From assembly GCA_963770355.1 (NCBI GenBank), contig CAVYPL010000014.1, forward strand, positions 41,370 to 105,369: a stretch of 64,000 nucleotides of DNA, written 5' to 3'. The notes below the pieces were generated by a model. It saw only the letters and a program-made list of their open reading frames with translations. It made no database searches and was not told the DNA's origin. A program made the position numbers and the translations under genes. The first letter of the stretch is position 1. Each line of letters begins with the position of its first letter. This DNA comes from an uncultured Alphaproteobacteria bacterium (GTDB taxonomy: Bacteria > Pseudomonadota > Alphaproteobacteria > Rhizobiales > Xanthobacteraceae). Positions 1 to 9,062 of this stretch are shown in pieces.

Positions 1-141
1 GGCGTTCGGCGGGCTGCGAAGCGCCGCCGCCCGGCTGGCCGCGTCGACGACCGGCCACGCGTTCGCGCGAAAGGACCCGGCCGGCGACACCGCGGCGTGG
101 GCACAGGCTTCGCACGGAAAAACAAAGAGCATCTGAACCCC

Positions 142-378
142 ATGTCATACATCGACACAAATGCCCGCTGGCACGGTCTCGGGCCGCTCGCGATGCATGC
201 GGTCAAGGCCATGCACTCAATCCGAATGGCCTACCTCCGCAGACGCGACCGGATGCAGGCATACGCTGAATTGTCCAGCTTTGACGACCTTTCGCTCAGA
301 GACATCGGAATCTCACGCACTGAAATCAAGGCCGCGATGCACGCAGGCAATCGCGATGCTTCGCGGCGCCCGCGATGA
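142..378 (+). CDS. DUF1127 domain-containing small protein
   Basis: ORF 97..378. The C-terminal motif ELSSFDDLSLRDIGISRTEI is typical of DUF1127. I chose the ATG at 142. The frame stays open to the window start, so the start is uncertain. Confidence 0.65.
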   Translation: MSYIDTNARWHGLGPLAMHAVKAMHSIRMAYLRRRDRMQAYAELSSFDDLSLRDIGISRTEIKAAMHAGNRDASRRPR

Positions 379-416
379 ATCTTCTTTAAAAATGCAAATG
401 AAGCTGGAGCACTGAA

Positions 417-827
417 ATGACCCCCGAACAGAAGAAGCTGATCAAATCCACATGGGCCGCTGTGGTCCCGATCGCCGATACCGCCGCCGGCCTGTTCTAT
501 GGACGGCTGTTCGAGACCGATCCATCCACGCGCCCACTTTTCCAGTCCACTGATATGTCCGAGCAGCGCAAGAAGCTGATGCAAGCTCTGATAGTTGTCG
601 TCAATGGAATCGACGATTTAGGCCAGATCATTCCGACCGTCGAACAACTGGCGCGCCGGCACCTGGCTTACGGCGTCAAGGATCAACATTACGACTCGGT
701 CGGAGCCGCCTTGTTGTGGACCCTCGAACAGGGTCTCGGCGAGCAATGGACGCCGGAGGCCAAAGGGGCATGGTTGGCCGCCTATGGCACGCTTGCCGGC
801 GTGATGCGCGCAGCCGCAGCGGCGTAG
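417..827 (+). CDS. single-domain globin (haem-binding, sensor-globin-like)
   Basis: 136-aa ORF with a GGAG 8 nt upstream of the ATG. Globin-like helices are present (KSTWAAV, LFYGRLFETDPSTRPLF, and a proximal-His context in LARRHLAYGV). Confidence 0.8.
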   Translation: MTPEQKKLIKSTWAAVVPIADTAAGLFYGRLFETDPSTRPLFQSTDMSEQRKKLMQALIVVVNGIDDLGQIIPTVEQLARRHLAYGVKDQHYDSVGAALLWTLEQGLGEQWTPEAKGAWLAAYGTLAGVMRAAAAA

Positions 828-982
828 CGTTCGATGCAGGACCGCTGTGCCCTGTGAACTTGTGATAGCTCTTGCGGTTCAATTGCGGTCTTGAACCATT
901 GAAATCGCACGAAAAGCCTGCAACCTCTCGTTAATTGATCCCAGGCCAACTCTGGCACCTTCAATCAACGACTGAGAGACGC

Positions 983-2365
983 ATGCCATCCGTATTCGAG
1001 ACCGCGCCCACCGATTCCGCTATTCCCATTACCTTCGCCACCAAGTCGACATGGGCCGCGATCAGCAAGGCGCTTCCGGCGCAAGCCCGCCAGTTTGCGC
1101 TGGCCAACGATTTTACCGCCAAGCCCGGCAAGTGCCTGACCCTGCCCTCGCCTGACGGGCAGATCGCGCAGGTACTTTTCGGCCTCGAAGACGAGGCGAG
1201 CAAATCCCGCGACCTGTTCCGGCCCGGCGCGCTGCCGGGCCTGCTGCCGCCGGGGGTCTACCGTTTTGCCAATGCGCCGCACGACACGCGGCTGGCTGCG
1301 CTCGCTTTTGCGCTCGGAAGCTACCGCTTCGGCCGCTATCGCAAGTCAGCCAAACCCAATGTCCGGCTGGTGCCGCCTGACGGCATCGACGCCGCCGATA
1401 TCATGCGGATGGCGGAGGCAGCTTCGCTGGCGCGCGATCTCATCAACACGCCGCCCAACGACATGGGCCCGGAGGAACTGGCGTCCGCCGCGCAGGCGTT
1501 GGCGACTCGTTTTGGCGCCAGTTTCAACTGCATCGTCGGCGACGACCTGGTGCGGCAAAACTTTCCGCTGATTCATGCGGTCGGCATGGCCTCACCCCGT
1601 GCGCCGCGCCTGATCGATCTGACCTGGGGCGATCCTACCCATCCCAAGGTAACACTGGTCGGCAAGGGCGTGTGCTTCGATACCGGCGGGCTCGATCTGA
1701 AACCCGCCGGCAGCATGTTGATCATGAAGAAGGACATGGGCGGAGCGGCGAACGTGTTGGCCCTGGCCCAAATGGTGATGGACGCCAAACTCAAAGTGCG
1801 GCTGCGGGTGCTGATCCCGGCAGTCGAGAACGCGGTGGCCGGCAATGCGTTTCGCCCGCTCGATATCTTCAAGTCGCGCAAGGGACCGACAGTCGAAATC
1901 GGCAACACCGATGCCGAGGGACGGCTGGTGCTTGCCGACGCGCTGGCGCTGGCGGATGAGGAGAAGCCGGATCTGCTGGTCGATCTGGGCACGTTGACGG
2001 GAGCTGCGCGGGTGGCGCTGGGTCCGGATCTACCGCCGTTCTACACCAATGATGAGACGCTGGCCGAGAACGTCGCACGCTGCGCCAGGGCAGAGAACGA
2101 TCCGTTATGGCGAATGCCGCTGTGGCCGCCCTACGATTCCTGGCTGGACTCGAAGGTCGCCGACATCAACAACGCGCCGTCGGGCAGCTTTGCCGGCTCG
2201 ATCACCTGCGCGCTGTTCCTGCAGCGGTTCGTCTCGGACGCCAAAAGCTGGCTGCATGTCGATATCTACGGCTGGACCCCCTCGGCAAAGCCCGCGCGGC
2301 CCGAAGGCGGCGAATGCCAGGCCGCGCGCGCGATCTACAAATTATTGGGCGAACGCTATGGATGA
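983..2365 (+). CDS. M17 family leucyl aminopeptidase
   Basis: ORF 935..2365 with an internal ATG at 983 (MPSVFET). M17 motifs VGKGVCFDTGGLDLKP and NTDAEGRLVLADAL are present. Confidence 0.9.
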   Translation: MPSVFETAPTDSAIPITFATKSTWAAISKALPAQARQFALANDFTAKPGKCLTLPSPDGQIAQVLFGLEDEASKSRDLFRPGALPGLLPPGVYRFANAPHDTRLAALAFALGSYRFGRYRKSAKPNVRLVPPDGIDAADIMRMAEAASLARDLINTPPNDMGPEELASAAQALATRFGASFNCIVGDDLVRQNFPLIHAVGMASPRAPRLIDLTWGDPTHPKVTLVGKGVCFDTGGLDLKPAGSMLIMKKDMGGAANVLALAQMVMDAKLKVRLRVLIPAVENAVAGNAFRPLDIFKSRKGPTVEIGNTDAEGRLVLADALALADEEKPDLLVDLGTLTGAARVALGPDLPPFYTNDETLAENVARCARAENDPLWRMPLWPPYDSWLDSKVADINNAPSGSFAGSITCALFLQRFVSDAKSWLHVDIYGWTPSAKPARPEGGECQAARAIYKLLGERYG

Positions 2366-3203
2366 TCCGCGCCTGACGCCGGCACGCCCCGAGGTCGCGG
2401 CAAAATACCTCGAAGGCAAGGTCAAGGCCGCGCGTTTTGTCGCCGGCGAGGAATTTTGCGTCACCAGCGCCATCTCGCCGCTGCGCGAGGCGCCGAACGC
2501 CAATGCCCTGCTGTCGACGCAGGCATTGAAGGGCGAGCGCGTCACGATCTACGACCGCAACCATGAGGGCTGGTCCTGGGGTCAATTGAACAGCGACGGT
2601 TATGTCGGCTGGATTCCCGATGCCACGCTCACCAGGCCCGCGACGACGCCGACGCACAAGGTCACGGTGTTGTGCACTCTCGCCTTTCCGGGACCTTCGA
2701 TCAGACTGCCACCCACGGAGTCGCTCCCGATGGGGGCAAGGGTGACAATAACGCGCGAAGACGGCGCGTTCGCCATAACGGACGAGGGCTGGTATCTGCC
2801 GCGCAGCCATATCGACAGCATCAACGCGATGGAAACGGATTTCGTTACGGTGGCCGAAAGATTTATCGGCACGCCCTATCTGTGGGGCGGCAAAAGCAGT
2901 TTCGGCATCGATTGCTCCGGCCTCGTGCAGGTTTCACTGAACGCTGCCGGCACCGGATGCCCGCGCGACAGCGACATGCAGCAGGACGGACTCGGCCGGA
3001 CGTTGAATGCGATGGAGGCGAAAAAGCTACAACGCGGCGATCTGATCTTCTGGGAAGGCCACGTTGCTATCGTACGCGATGCCAAGACCATCATTCACGC
3101 CAACGCGCATCACATGGCGACCGCGATCGAAAACACTATCGAAGCGATTGCACGCATCAAGGCGGCCGGCAGCGAGGTCGCGGCAATCAAGCGGCTGGAC
3201 TAG
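2358..3203 (+). CDS. C40 (NlpC/P60) peptidase with N-terminal SH3-like domains
   Basis: The long ORF 2049..3203 overlaps the aminopeptidase gene. An in-frame ATG at 2358 (MDDPRLTP) gives an 8-nt overlap with the upstream stop. The catalytic motif GIDCSGLVQ and the EGHVAIV histidine context are present. Confidence 0.85.
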   Translation: MDDPRLTPARPEVAAKYLEGKVKAARFVAGEEFCVTSAISPLREAPNANALLSTQALKGERVTIYDRNHEGWSWGQLNSDGYVGWIPDATLTRPATTPTHKVTVLCTLAFPGPSIRLPPTESLPMGARVTITREDGAFAITDEGWYLPRSHIDSINAMETDFVTVAERFIGTPYLWGGKSSFGIDCSGLVQVSLNAAGTGCPRDSDMQQDGLGRTLNAMEAKKLQRGDLIFWEGHVAIVRDAKTIIHANAHHMATAIENTIEAIARIKAAGSEVAAIKRLD

Positions 3204-3210
3204 CTCATCT

Positions 3211-3238
3211 GTCATCACCCGCTTTCGCGGGGTATGAC
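3211..3238. repeat. imperfect hairpin between convergent genes (REP-like, possible bidirectional terminator)
   Basis: The sequence gtcatcacccgc-tttc-gcggggtatgac lies between the NlpC/P60 stop (3203) and the yejF stop (3247). Confidence 0.45.
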
Positions 3239-3246
3239 GGCTATCC

Positions 3247-4860
3247 CTACAAATCAGGAACAGCCTCGATCCGGAACGCGGCGGCGAACAGCGCGCGGGT
3301 ATATTCGCTCTTCGGGTTCTTGAACAGTTCCGAGGCCGGTCCTTCTTCGACGACCTTGCCATGACGCATCACGATCAGATGGCTGGCGAGCGAAGCCACT
3401 ACGCGCAGATCATGCGAGATGAACATGTAGGTCAGATCGCGCTTGCGCTGCAGGTCGCGCAACAGATCGACCATCTGCGCCTGGAACAGCATATCGAGCG
3501 CGCTGGTCGGTTCATCCAGCACGACGAAATTCGGTTCCAGCACCACCGCGCGCGCAATACTGATGCGTTGGCGCTGGCCGCCGGAGAACTCATGCGGATA
3601 GCGGAACCGCGTGGCGGGATCGAGACCGACATCCTTCAACGCCTTGACGACGCGCGTCTCGCGCTCTTCGTACGACAGCGCTGGTTGATGCACGCTGAGG
3701 CCCTCGGCGACGATGTCGCCGACCGACATCCGTGGACTAAGCGCGCCGAACGGATCCTGAAACACGATCTGCATATCGCGGCGGAACGGCAGCATGGCCT
3801 TGAAACGCAGGCCCTGAATGTCGTTGCCGAGAAACACGATCGGTCCGTTCGACGAAATCAACCGCAGCAAGGCCAGACCCAGCGTGGTCTTGCCGGAACC
3901 GGATTCGCCGACGACGCCGAGCGTCTCGCCCTTGCGTACGGAAAGGCTGACACCGTCGACCGCCTTGATATGGTCGACCGTCCTGCGCAGCAGGCCGCGC
4001 TTGACCGGAAACCAGACCTTTAGATTGTCGGCCGACATCACCACCGGCGATTCTGGCCGCGGCGGCGCAGGGTCGGGCTTCGGCTCCGCCGCCAGCAGCG
4101 CGCGGGTATAGGGATGCTTCGGCGCGGTAAAGACCTCCTCGACCGGTCCCTGCTCGACGATCTCGCCGTTGTTCATAACGCAGACGACGTCGGCGATGCG
4201 GCGGACGATGCCGAGGTCATGGGTAATGAACAGCATACTCATGCCGAGCCGTGCCCGGATCTCGGCCAATAGTGCCAGGATCTGGGCCTGCACCGTGACG
4301 TCGAGCGCGGTGGTCGGCTCATCCGCGATCAAAAGATCCGGCTCGTTCGCGAGCGCCATCGCAATCATGACGCGCTGGCGCTGGCCGCCGGACAATTGAT
4401 GCGGATAGCTTTGCAGCCTGCTTTCCGGATTGGGAATGCCGACTTGCGTCAAAAGCTCGAGCGTCCGCGCCCGTGCCGTCGCGCCGCGGATACCGTTGTG
4501 CAGAAACAGGATCTCGCCGATCTGCGCCTCGATCGTGTGTAGCGGGTTGAGCGAGGTCATCGGCTCCTGGAAGATGATCGAGATGTCGTTGCCGCGAATT
4601 TCGCGCATCTCATTCTCTGCCGACGTCAGGAGATCGCGGCCCCGGAAACGGATGCTGCCGGACGGATGCGAGGCGGACGGATACGGCAACAGCTTCAGGA
4701 TCGACAGCGCGCTGACGGATTTTCCCGAACCGGACTCGCCGACCAGCGCCACGCATTCGCCGCGATTGATGGAAAACGAGATACGATCGACCGCAAGCGT
4801 GGGACCGAACGCCACCGACAGGTCGCGAACATCGAGCAGGGGTTGGTTGATGGCGTCCAT
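3247..4860 (-). CDS. yejF: peptide/microcin-type ABC transporter, fused double ATP-binding protein (YejF-like)
   Basis: 537 aa with two Walker A motifs ([16 protein letters not shown]) and two LSGGQRQR signatures. It is the last gene of the yejA-A-B-E-F order. Confidence 0.9.
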   Translation of the reverse strand: MDAINQPLLDVRDLSVAFGPTLAVDRISFSINRGECVALVGESGSGKSVSALSILKLLPYPSASHPSGSIRFRGRDLLTSAENEMREIRGNDISIIFQEPMTSLNPLHTIEAQIGEILFLHNGIRGATARARTLELLTQVGIPNPESRLQSYPHQLSGGQRQRVMIAMALANEPDLLIADEPTTALDVTVQAQILALLAEIRARLGMSMLFITHDLGIVRRIADVVCVMNNGEIVEQGPVEEVFTAPKHPYTRALLAAEPKPDPAPPRPESPVVMSADNLKVWFPVKRGLLRRTVDHIKAVDGVSLSVRKGETLGVVGESGSGKTTLGLALLRLISSNGPIVFLGNDIQGLRFKAMLPFRRDMQIVFQDPFGALSPRMSVGDIVAEGLSVHQPALSYEERETRVVKALKDVGLDPATRFRYPHEFSGGQRQRISIARAVVLEPNFVVLDEPTSALDMLFQAQMVDLLRDLQRKRDLTYMFISHDLRVVASLASHLIVMRHGKVVEEGPASELFKNPKSEYTRALFAAAFRIEAVPDL

Positions 4861-4869
4861 GCGCGGCCT

Positions 4870-6048
4870 CTACCGGAATGTCTTGCGCGGATCGAAGGCA
4901 TCGCGCGCGGCCTCGCCGATGAAGATCAGGAGCGACAGCATGATCGCAACCGCGAAGAACCCGGTGAAGCCGAGCCAGGGCGCCTGCACATTGGCTTTTG
5001 CCTGAGACAGCATTTCGCCGAGCGACGGCGAGCCCGGCGGCAATCCGAAGCCGAGGAAATCGAGCGCCGTCAGCGTCATCACCGAGGACGAGACGATGAA
5101 TGGCAGGAACGTCATGGTCGCGACCATCGCGTTCGGCAACAGATGGCGGAACATGATGGTGGCATTGGACACGCCGAGCGCCCGCGCCGCCTGAATGTAT
5201 TCGAAGTTGCGCCCGCGCAGGAATTCCGCGCGCACCAGACCGACAAGCGACACCCAGGAAAACAGCAGGAGAATACCAAGCAGGATGAAGAAGCCGGGTG
5301 GCAGCACTGCCGATATGATCAGGAGCAGATAGAGCGAGGGTATCGCATTCCAGACCTCGATGACCCGCTGAAAGAGCAGATCGATCCAGCCGCCGAAATA
5401 ACCCTGCACCCCGCCAGCGGCGATCCCGATGATCGAAGAGAAGATCGTGAGCGTCAGGCCGAACAAGACCGAAATGCGAAAGCCGTAGATCAGGCGCGCG
5501 ACCACATCGCGGCCCTGATCGTCGGTGCCAAGCCAGTTATATTCGAGGTCGCGGCAGCCCTTCAGGCCCTTCTTCTGCACTACCTCCTTGCACTGGTCTT
5601 CGGTCAGCATCCAGGTCGGCTTCGACGGCGCCGGCGTCGGCAGATCGAGATTATGCGTGTCGTAGGAATAGCGGATCAGCGGCCAGATGATGGTGCCGCC
5701 CTTGGCGGCGATCTGCTTCTGCAGATACGGATCGCGATAGTCCGCCGCGGTCTCGAAATCGCCGCCAAACGTCGTCTCGGAATAGCTGACAAAAGCCGGC
5801 CAATAGAGATGGCCGTCATATTTGATCAGGAACGGACGATCGTTGGCGATCAGTTCGGCGAACAGCGAGATGACGAACAGGATCAAGAAGATCCAGAACG
5901 ACCAGTAACCCCGGCGGTTTGCCTTGAAATTTTGCCAGCGGCGCCGGTTCAGCGGCGACGGACTGAACCGGTGACGCGTCATGGGAACGACCTCGCCGAG
6001 CGGCGATTGCGTCGTGGTCTCGATCGGCTGGGGTGCGAGGATCGTCAT
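4870..6048 (-). CDS. yejE: ABC transporter permease (YejE-like)
   Basis: 392 aa and multi-TM, of the oligopeptide-permease type. Its ATGA start/stop overlaps yejB. Confidence 0.85.
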   Translation of the reverse strand: MTILAPQPIETTTQSPLGEVVPMTRHRFSPSPLNRRRWQNFKANRRGYWSFWIFLILFVISLFAELIANDRPFLIKYDGHLYWPAFVSYSETTFGGDFETAADYRDPYLQKQIAAKGGTIIWPLIRYSYDTHNLDLPTPAPSKPTWMLTEDQCKEVVQKKGLKGCRDLEYNWLGTDDQGRDVVARLIYGFRISVLFGLTLTIFSSIIGIAAGGVQGYFGGWIDLLFQRVIEVWNAIPSLYLLLIISAVLPPGFFILLGILLLFSWVSLVGLVRAEFLRGRNFEYIQAARALGVSNATIMFRHLLPNAMVATMTFLPFIVSSSVMTLTALDFLGFGLPPGSPSLGEMLSQAKANVQAPWLGFTGFFAVAIMLSLLIFIGEAARDAFDPRKTFR

Positions 6049-7157
6049 CAGACCTCACGCGCCTCGAAATCGATCCGCGGGTCGATCCACATATAAGCGA
6101 GGTCGGAGACCAGGTTCACCACGAGGCCGACAAGCGAAAAGATGAACAACGTTCCGAACACCACGGGATAATCGCGGTTCAGCACGCTCTCAAAGCCAAG
6201 CAGGCCCAACCCGTCGAGCGAGAAGATGGTCTCGATCAGCAGCGAACCCGAGAAGAAGGCGTGAATGAAGGCGCCCGGGAAACCCGCGATCACGATCAGC
6301 ATCGCGTTTCGGAAGACGTGATTGTAAAGCACCTGCCGCTCGCTGCAGCCCTTGGCGCGCGCCGTCATCACATATTGCTTGCGGATCTCGTCGAGGAACG
6401 AGTTCTTGGTCAGCAGCGTCATGGTGGCGAAGGCGCCCAACGCCATCGCGATCAACGGCAGCGCGATGTGCCAGAAATAATCGATGATCTTCCAGTACCA
6501 GGGAAACTGCGCCCAACCGTCCGAGGTCAGGCCACGCAACGGGAATATGTTGAAGAACGACCCGCCGGCGAACAGGATGATCAAGAGGATCGCGAACAGG
6601 AATCCAGGTATCGCAAAGCCAACGATGATCACCGCCGAGGTCCAGGTGTCGAACCGTGACCCGTCCTGCACCGCCTTGCGAATACCGAGCGGAATCGAGA
6701 TCAAGTAGGTCAGCAGCGTCATCCAGATCCCGAGCGACATCGAGACCGGCAGCTTCTCCTTGATCAATTGGATCACGCTGACATCGCGGAAATAGCTCTT
6801 GCCGAAATCGAAGCGCGCGAAATTCCACACCATCAGCGCAAAGCGTTCCGGCGCCGGCTTGTCGAAACCGAACTGCGCTTCCAGCTTCTTGATAAAGTCC
6901 GGATCGAGACCCTGCGCTCCCCGGTATTTCGAACTGACGGCTGCGTCGGCGGAAGCGTTGACCTGGCCGCGCGCGCCGAAATCGCCGCCGCCGCCCGAGA
7001 CCCTTGAGGTGCCGCCGGTGTCGGCGCCCGAGAGCTGCGCAAGCACGCGTTCGACCGGGCCGCCCGGAGCGAACTGTACGACCACGAAGGAGACGAACAG
7101 GATTCCCAGCAGCGTCGGGAGCATCAGGAGAATACGGCGGGCGATATAGGCAGTCAT
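6048..7157 (-). CDS. yejB: ABC transporter permease (YejB-like)
   Basis: 369 aa and multi-TM. It has the DppB/OppB-like N-terminus MTAYIARRILLMLPTLLGI. Confidence 0.85.
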   Translation of the reverse strand: MTAYIARRILLMLPTLLGILFVSFVVVQFAPGGPVERVLAQLSGADTGGTSRVSGGGGDFGARGQVNASADAAVSSKYRGAQGLDPDFIKKLEAQFGFDKPAPERFALMVWNFARFDFGKSYFRDVSVIQLIKEKLPVSMSLGIWMTLLTYLISIPLGIRKAVQDGSRFDTWTSAVIIVGFAIPGFLFAILLIILFAGGSFFNIFPLRGLTSDGWAQFPWYWKIIDYFWHIALPLIAMALGAFATMTLLTKNSFLDEIRKQYVMTARAKGCSERQVLYNHVFRNAMLIVIAGFPGAFIHAFFSGSLLIETIFSLDGLGLLGFESVLNRDYPVVFGTLFIFSLVGLVVNLVSDLAYMWIDPRIDFEAREV

Positions 7158-7160
7158 GAA

Positions 7161-9062
7161 TTATTTCGCCTGCTCGAGTTTCGCGGCCTTGGCGGAATCA
7201 TACCACCACAGAATGCGCTCCCCGACGCTGGATGAATAAGTTTCCATCTGATAGCGCGGCAAAGTTTTGGGGTGGTCGAATACATCCCAATAGGCCAGCG
7301 GATGGGTGGCGCGATACCAGTGCGGGACCCAATAGCGTCCGGCGCGGAACACCCGGTCGAAAGCGCGGCAGGCGGTCGTCAGCTCGGCGCGGGTATCGAC
7401 CGCCAGAATCTTCTCAATCAGCGCATCGATGACGGGATCGGCGACGCCAGCCAGATTGTAGGAACCCTTGGTCGCGGCAGCCTGGGAGGAGAAGATCGGA
7501 CGAATCGAGTCCCCCGGCGTTGCCGAGAGGGGGGGACGTTCGGTGGTCATGTCAAAATCGAAATCTTCCACGCGGGCGCGGTATTGCACGGCATCGATCA
7601 ACCGCAGCGTGGCCTCGATACCAAGCGTGCCGAGGTTCTTGAGGAACGGCGCGTGGTGCGGCTGAAACGACGGCTCTTCGAGCAGGAATTCGATCTTGAA
7701 GAGCTCGCCGTTCGGCAACAACCGCTTGCCATCCTTGACGACGCATCCGGCATCACTGAGCAGCTGCGACGCCTTGCGCAGCAAGGTGCGGTCCTGCCCC
7801 GAGCCATCAGACACCGGCGGCACGAAGGGCTCACCGAACACTTCGTCCGGCACCTTGCCGCGGAACGGCTCGAGCAGTTTGAGTTCTTCCGGCGACGGCA
7901 AACCTGTCGCCACCATGTCCGAATTCTGGAACGGCGAAATCGTGCGCGCATAGGCACCATACATGATGGTCTTGTTGGTCCATTCGAAATCGAATGCATG
8001 GATCACCGCTTCACGCACGCGCGGATCCCTGAACTGCTTGCGGCGGGTATTCATGAACCAGCCCTGCGCGCCCGCCGGCAACTCGTCGGGTAACACCTCG
8101 CGCTTGATCCGGCCGTCCTTTACGGCGGGGAAGTCGTAGCGTGTCGCCCAAATGCGCGCGGTGAATTCCTCGCGGTATAAATAGTTCTTGCCACTAAAAC
8201 CCTCGAACGCGACGTCGCGGTCGCGATAGAACTCGAGACGAACGACATCGAAATTAAACTGGCCGCGGCTGACAGGAAGATCAGCTCCCCACCAATCCTT
8301 GACCCGTTCGTATTCGATGTATCGATTGGCCTCGAACTTGCCGACCTTGTACGGCCCCGATCCCAACGGGATATCCAGCGTCGATTCGTCGAACGGCCGC
8401 GTCGCATAGTAGGCCTTCGAGAAAATCGGCATAACCGCAACGTAGAGCGGCACGTCGCGCGCGCGTTTTTCCGCAAATGTCACCACCAGCGTTGCATCGT
8501 CGGCCGCCTCGGCCCTCACCATGTCGCGCATTTGCGTGATGACGAGCGGGTGGCCCTTCTCCTTCAAGGTCGTAAGCGAGAAGGCTGCGTCATGCGCGGT
8601 CAGTTTGGTGCCGTCGTGAAAACGCGCTTCCGGCCGCAGCGTGAAACGGTAGGTCAGCTTGTCCGGGGAAATCTGCACGGATTTCGCGACTTGGCCGTAC
8701 ACCGCATCCGGCTCATCGCCTGCACGCGCCATCAGCGTCGCAAAGGTCAGTTCCATGCCGCACGCGCCCTCACCCTTCAGGATGAAGGCGTTGAGCGAAT
8801 TGAACGTATAGAATGACTGGTTATTGAGGCGTAGCGTGGGAATGGTCGAAAATAACCCACCCTTCGGTGCGGCGAGATTCACATAATCGAAATGACGAAA
8901 GTCGACCGGGTATTTCAGGTCCCCGAACACCGACATGCCATGCATTTCGGCGTCGGCCTCGGATGCGGCCGCCGGCCTGAACCGCGTTGCGCCCAGCGCC
9001 CCGACGCCGAGAGCCAGCACGTGCCGGCGAGACAACGAGGGCGCGCGGGAGAAATCGTTCAA
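7161..9062 (-). CDS. yejA: extracellular solute-binding protein family 5 (YejA-like), paralog 2
   Basis: 633 aa with a Tat-like signal (SRRHVLALG). The TTG start at 9062 overlaps the upstream stop as TTGA. Confidence 0.8.
   Translation of the reverse strand: MNDFSRAPSLSRRHVLALGVGALGATRFRPAAASEADAEMHGMSVFGDLKYPVDFRHFDYVNLAAPKGGLFSTIPTLRLNNQSFYTFNSLNAFILKGEGACGMELTFATLMARAGDEPDAVYGQVAKSVQISPDKLTYRFTLRPEARFHDGTKLTAHDAAFSLTTLKEKGHPLVITQMRDMVRAEAADDATLVVTFAEKRARDVPLYVAVMPIFSKAYYATRPFDESTLDIPLGSGPYKVGKFEANRYIEYERVKDWWGADLPVSRGQFNFDVVRLEFYRDRDVAFEGFSGKNYLYREEFTARIWATRYDFPAVKDGRIKREVLPDELPAGAQGWFMNTRRKQFRDPRVREAVIHAFDFEWTNKTIMYGAYARTISPFQNSDMVATGLPSPEELKLLEPFRGKVPDEVFGEPFVPPVSDGSGQDRTLLRKASQLLSDAGCVVKDGKRLLPNGELFKIEFLLEEPSFQPHHAPFLKNLGTLGIEATLRLIDAVQYRARVEDFDFDMTTERPPLSATPGDSIRPIFSSQAAATKGSYNLAGVADPVIDALIEKILAVDTRAELTTACRAFDRVFRAGRYWVPHWYRATHPLAYWDVFDHPKTLPRYQMETYSSSVGERILWWYDSAKAAKLEQAK

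Noticed and set aside
2049-2357. An upstream extension of the NlpC/P60 ORF. Similar extensions occur at 45253..45657, 41088..41228, 62755..62970 and 54685..54771.
   Set aside because: These extensions overlap the preceding gene or an intergenic repeat. Internal starts with an RBS or stop-start coupling give proteins of normal family length.
4666-6096. A 476-aa plus-strand ORF. Other long antisense ORFs of the same kind are 9464..11125, 12540..13733, 19594..20730, 24772..25830, 27149..28372, 45829..47115 and 58502..59638.
   Set aside because: All lie antisense to genes with clear family motifs. All have the Arg/Gly/Asp-rich composition expected for non-coding frames in GC-rich DNA.
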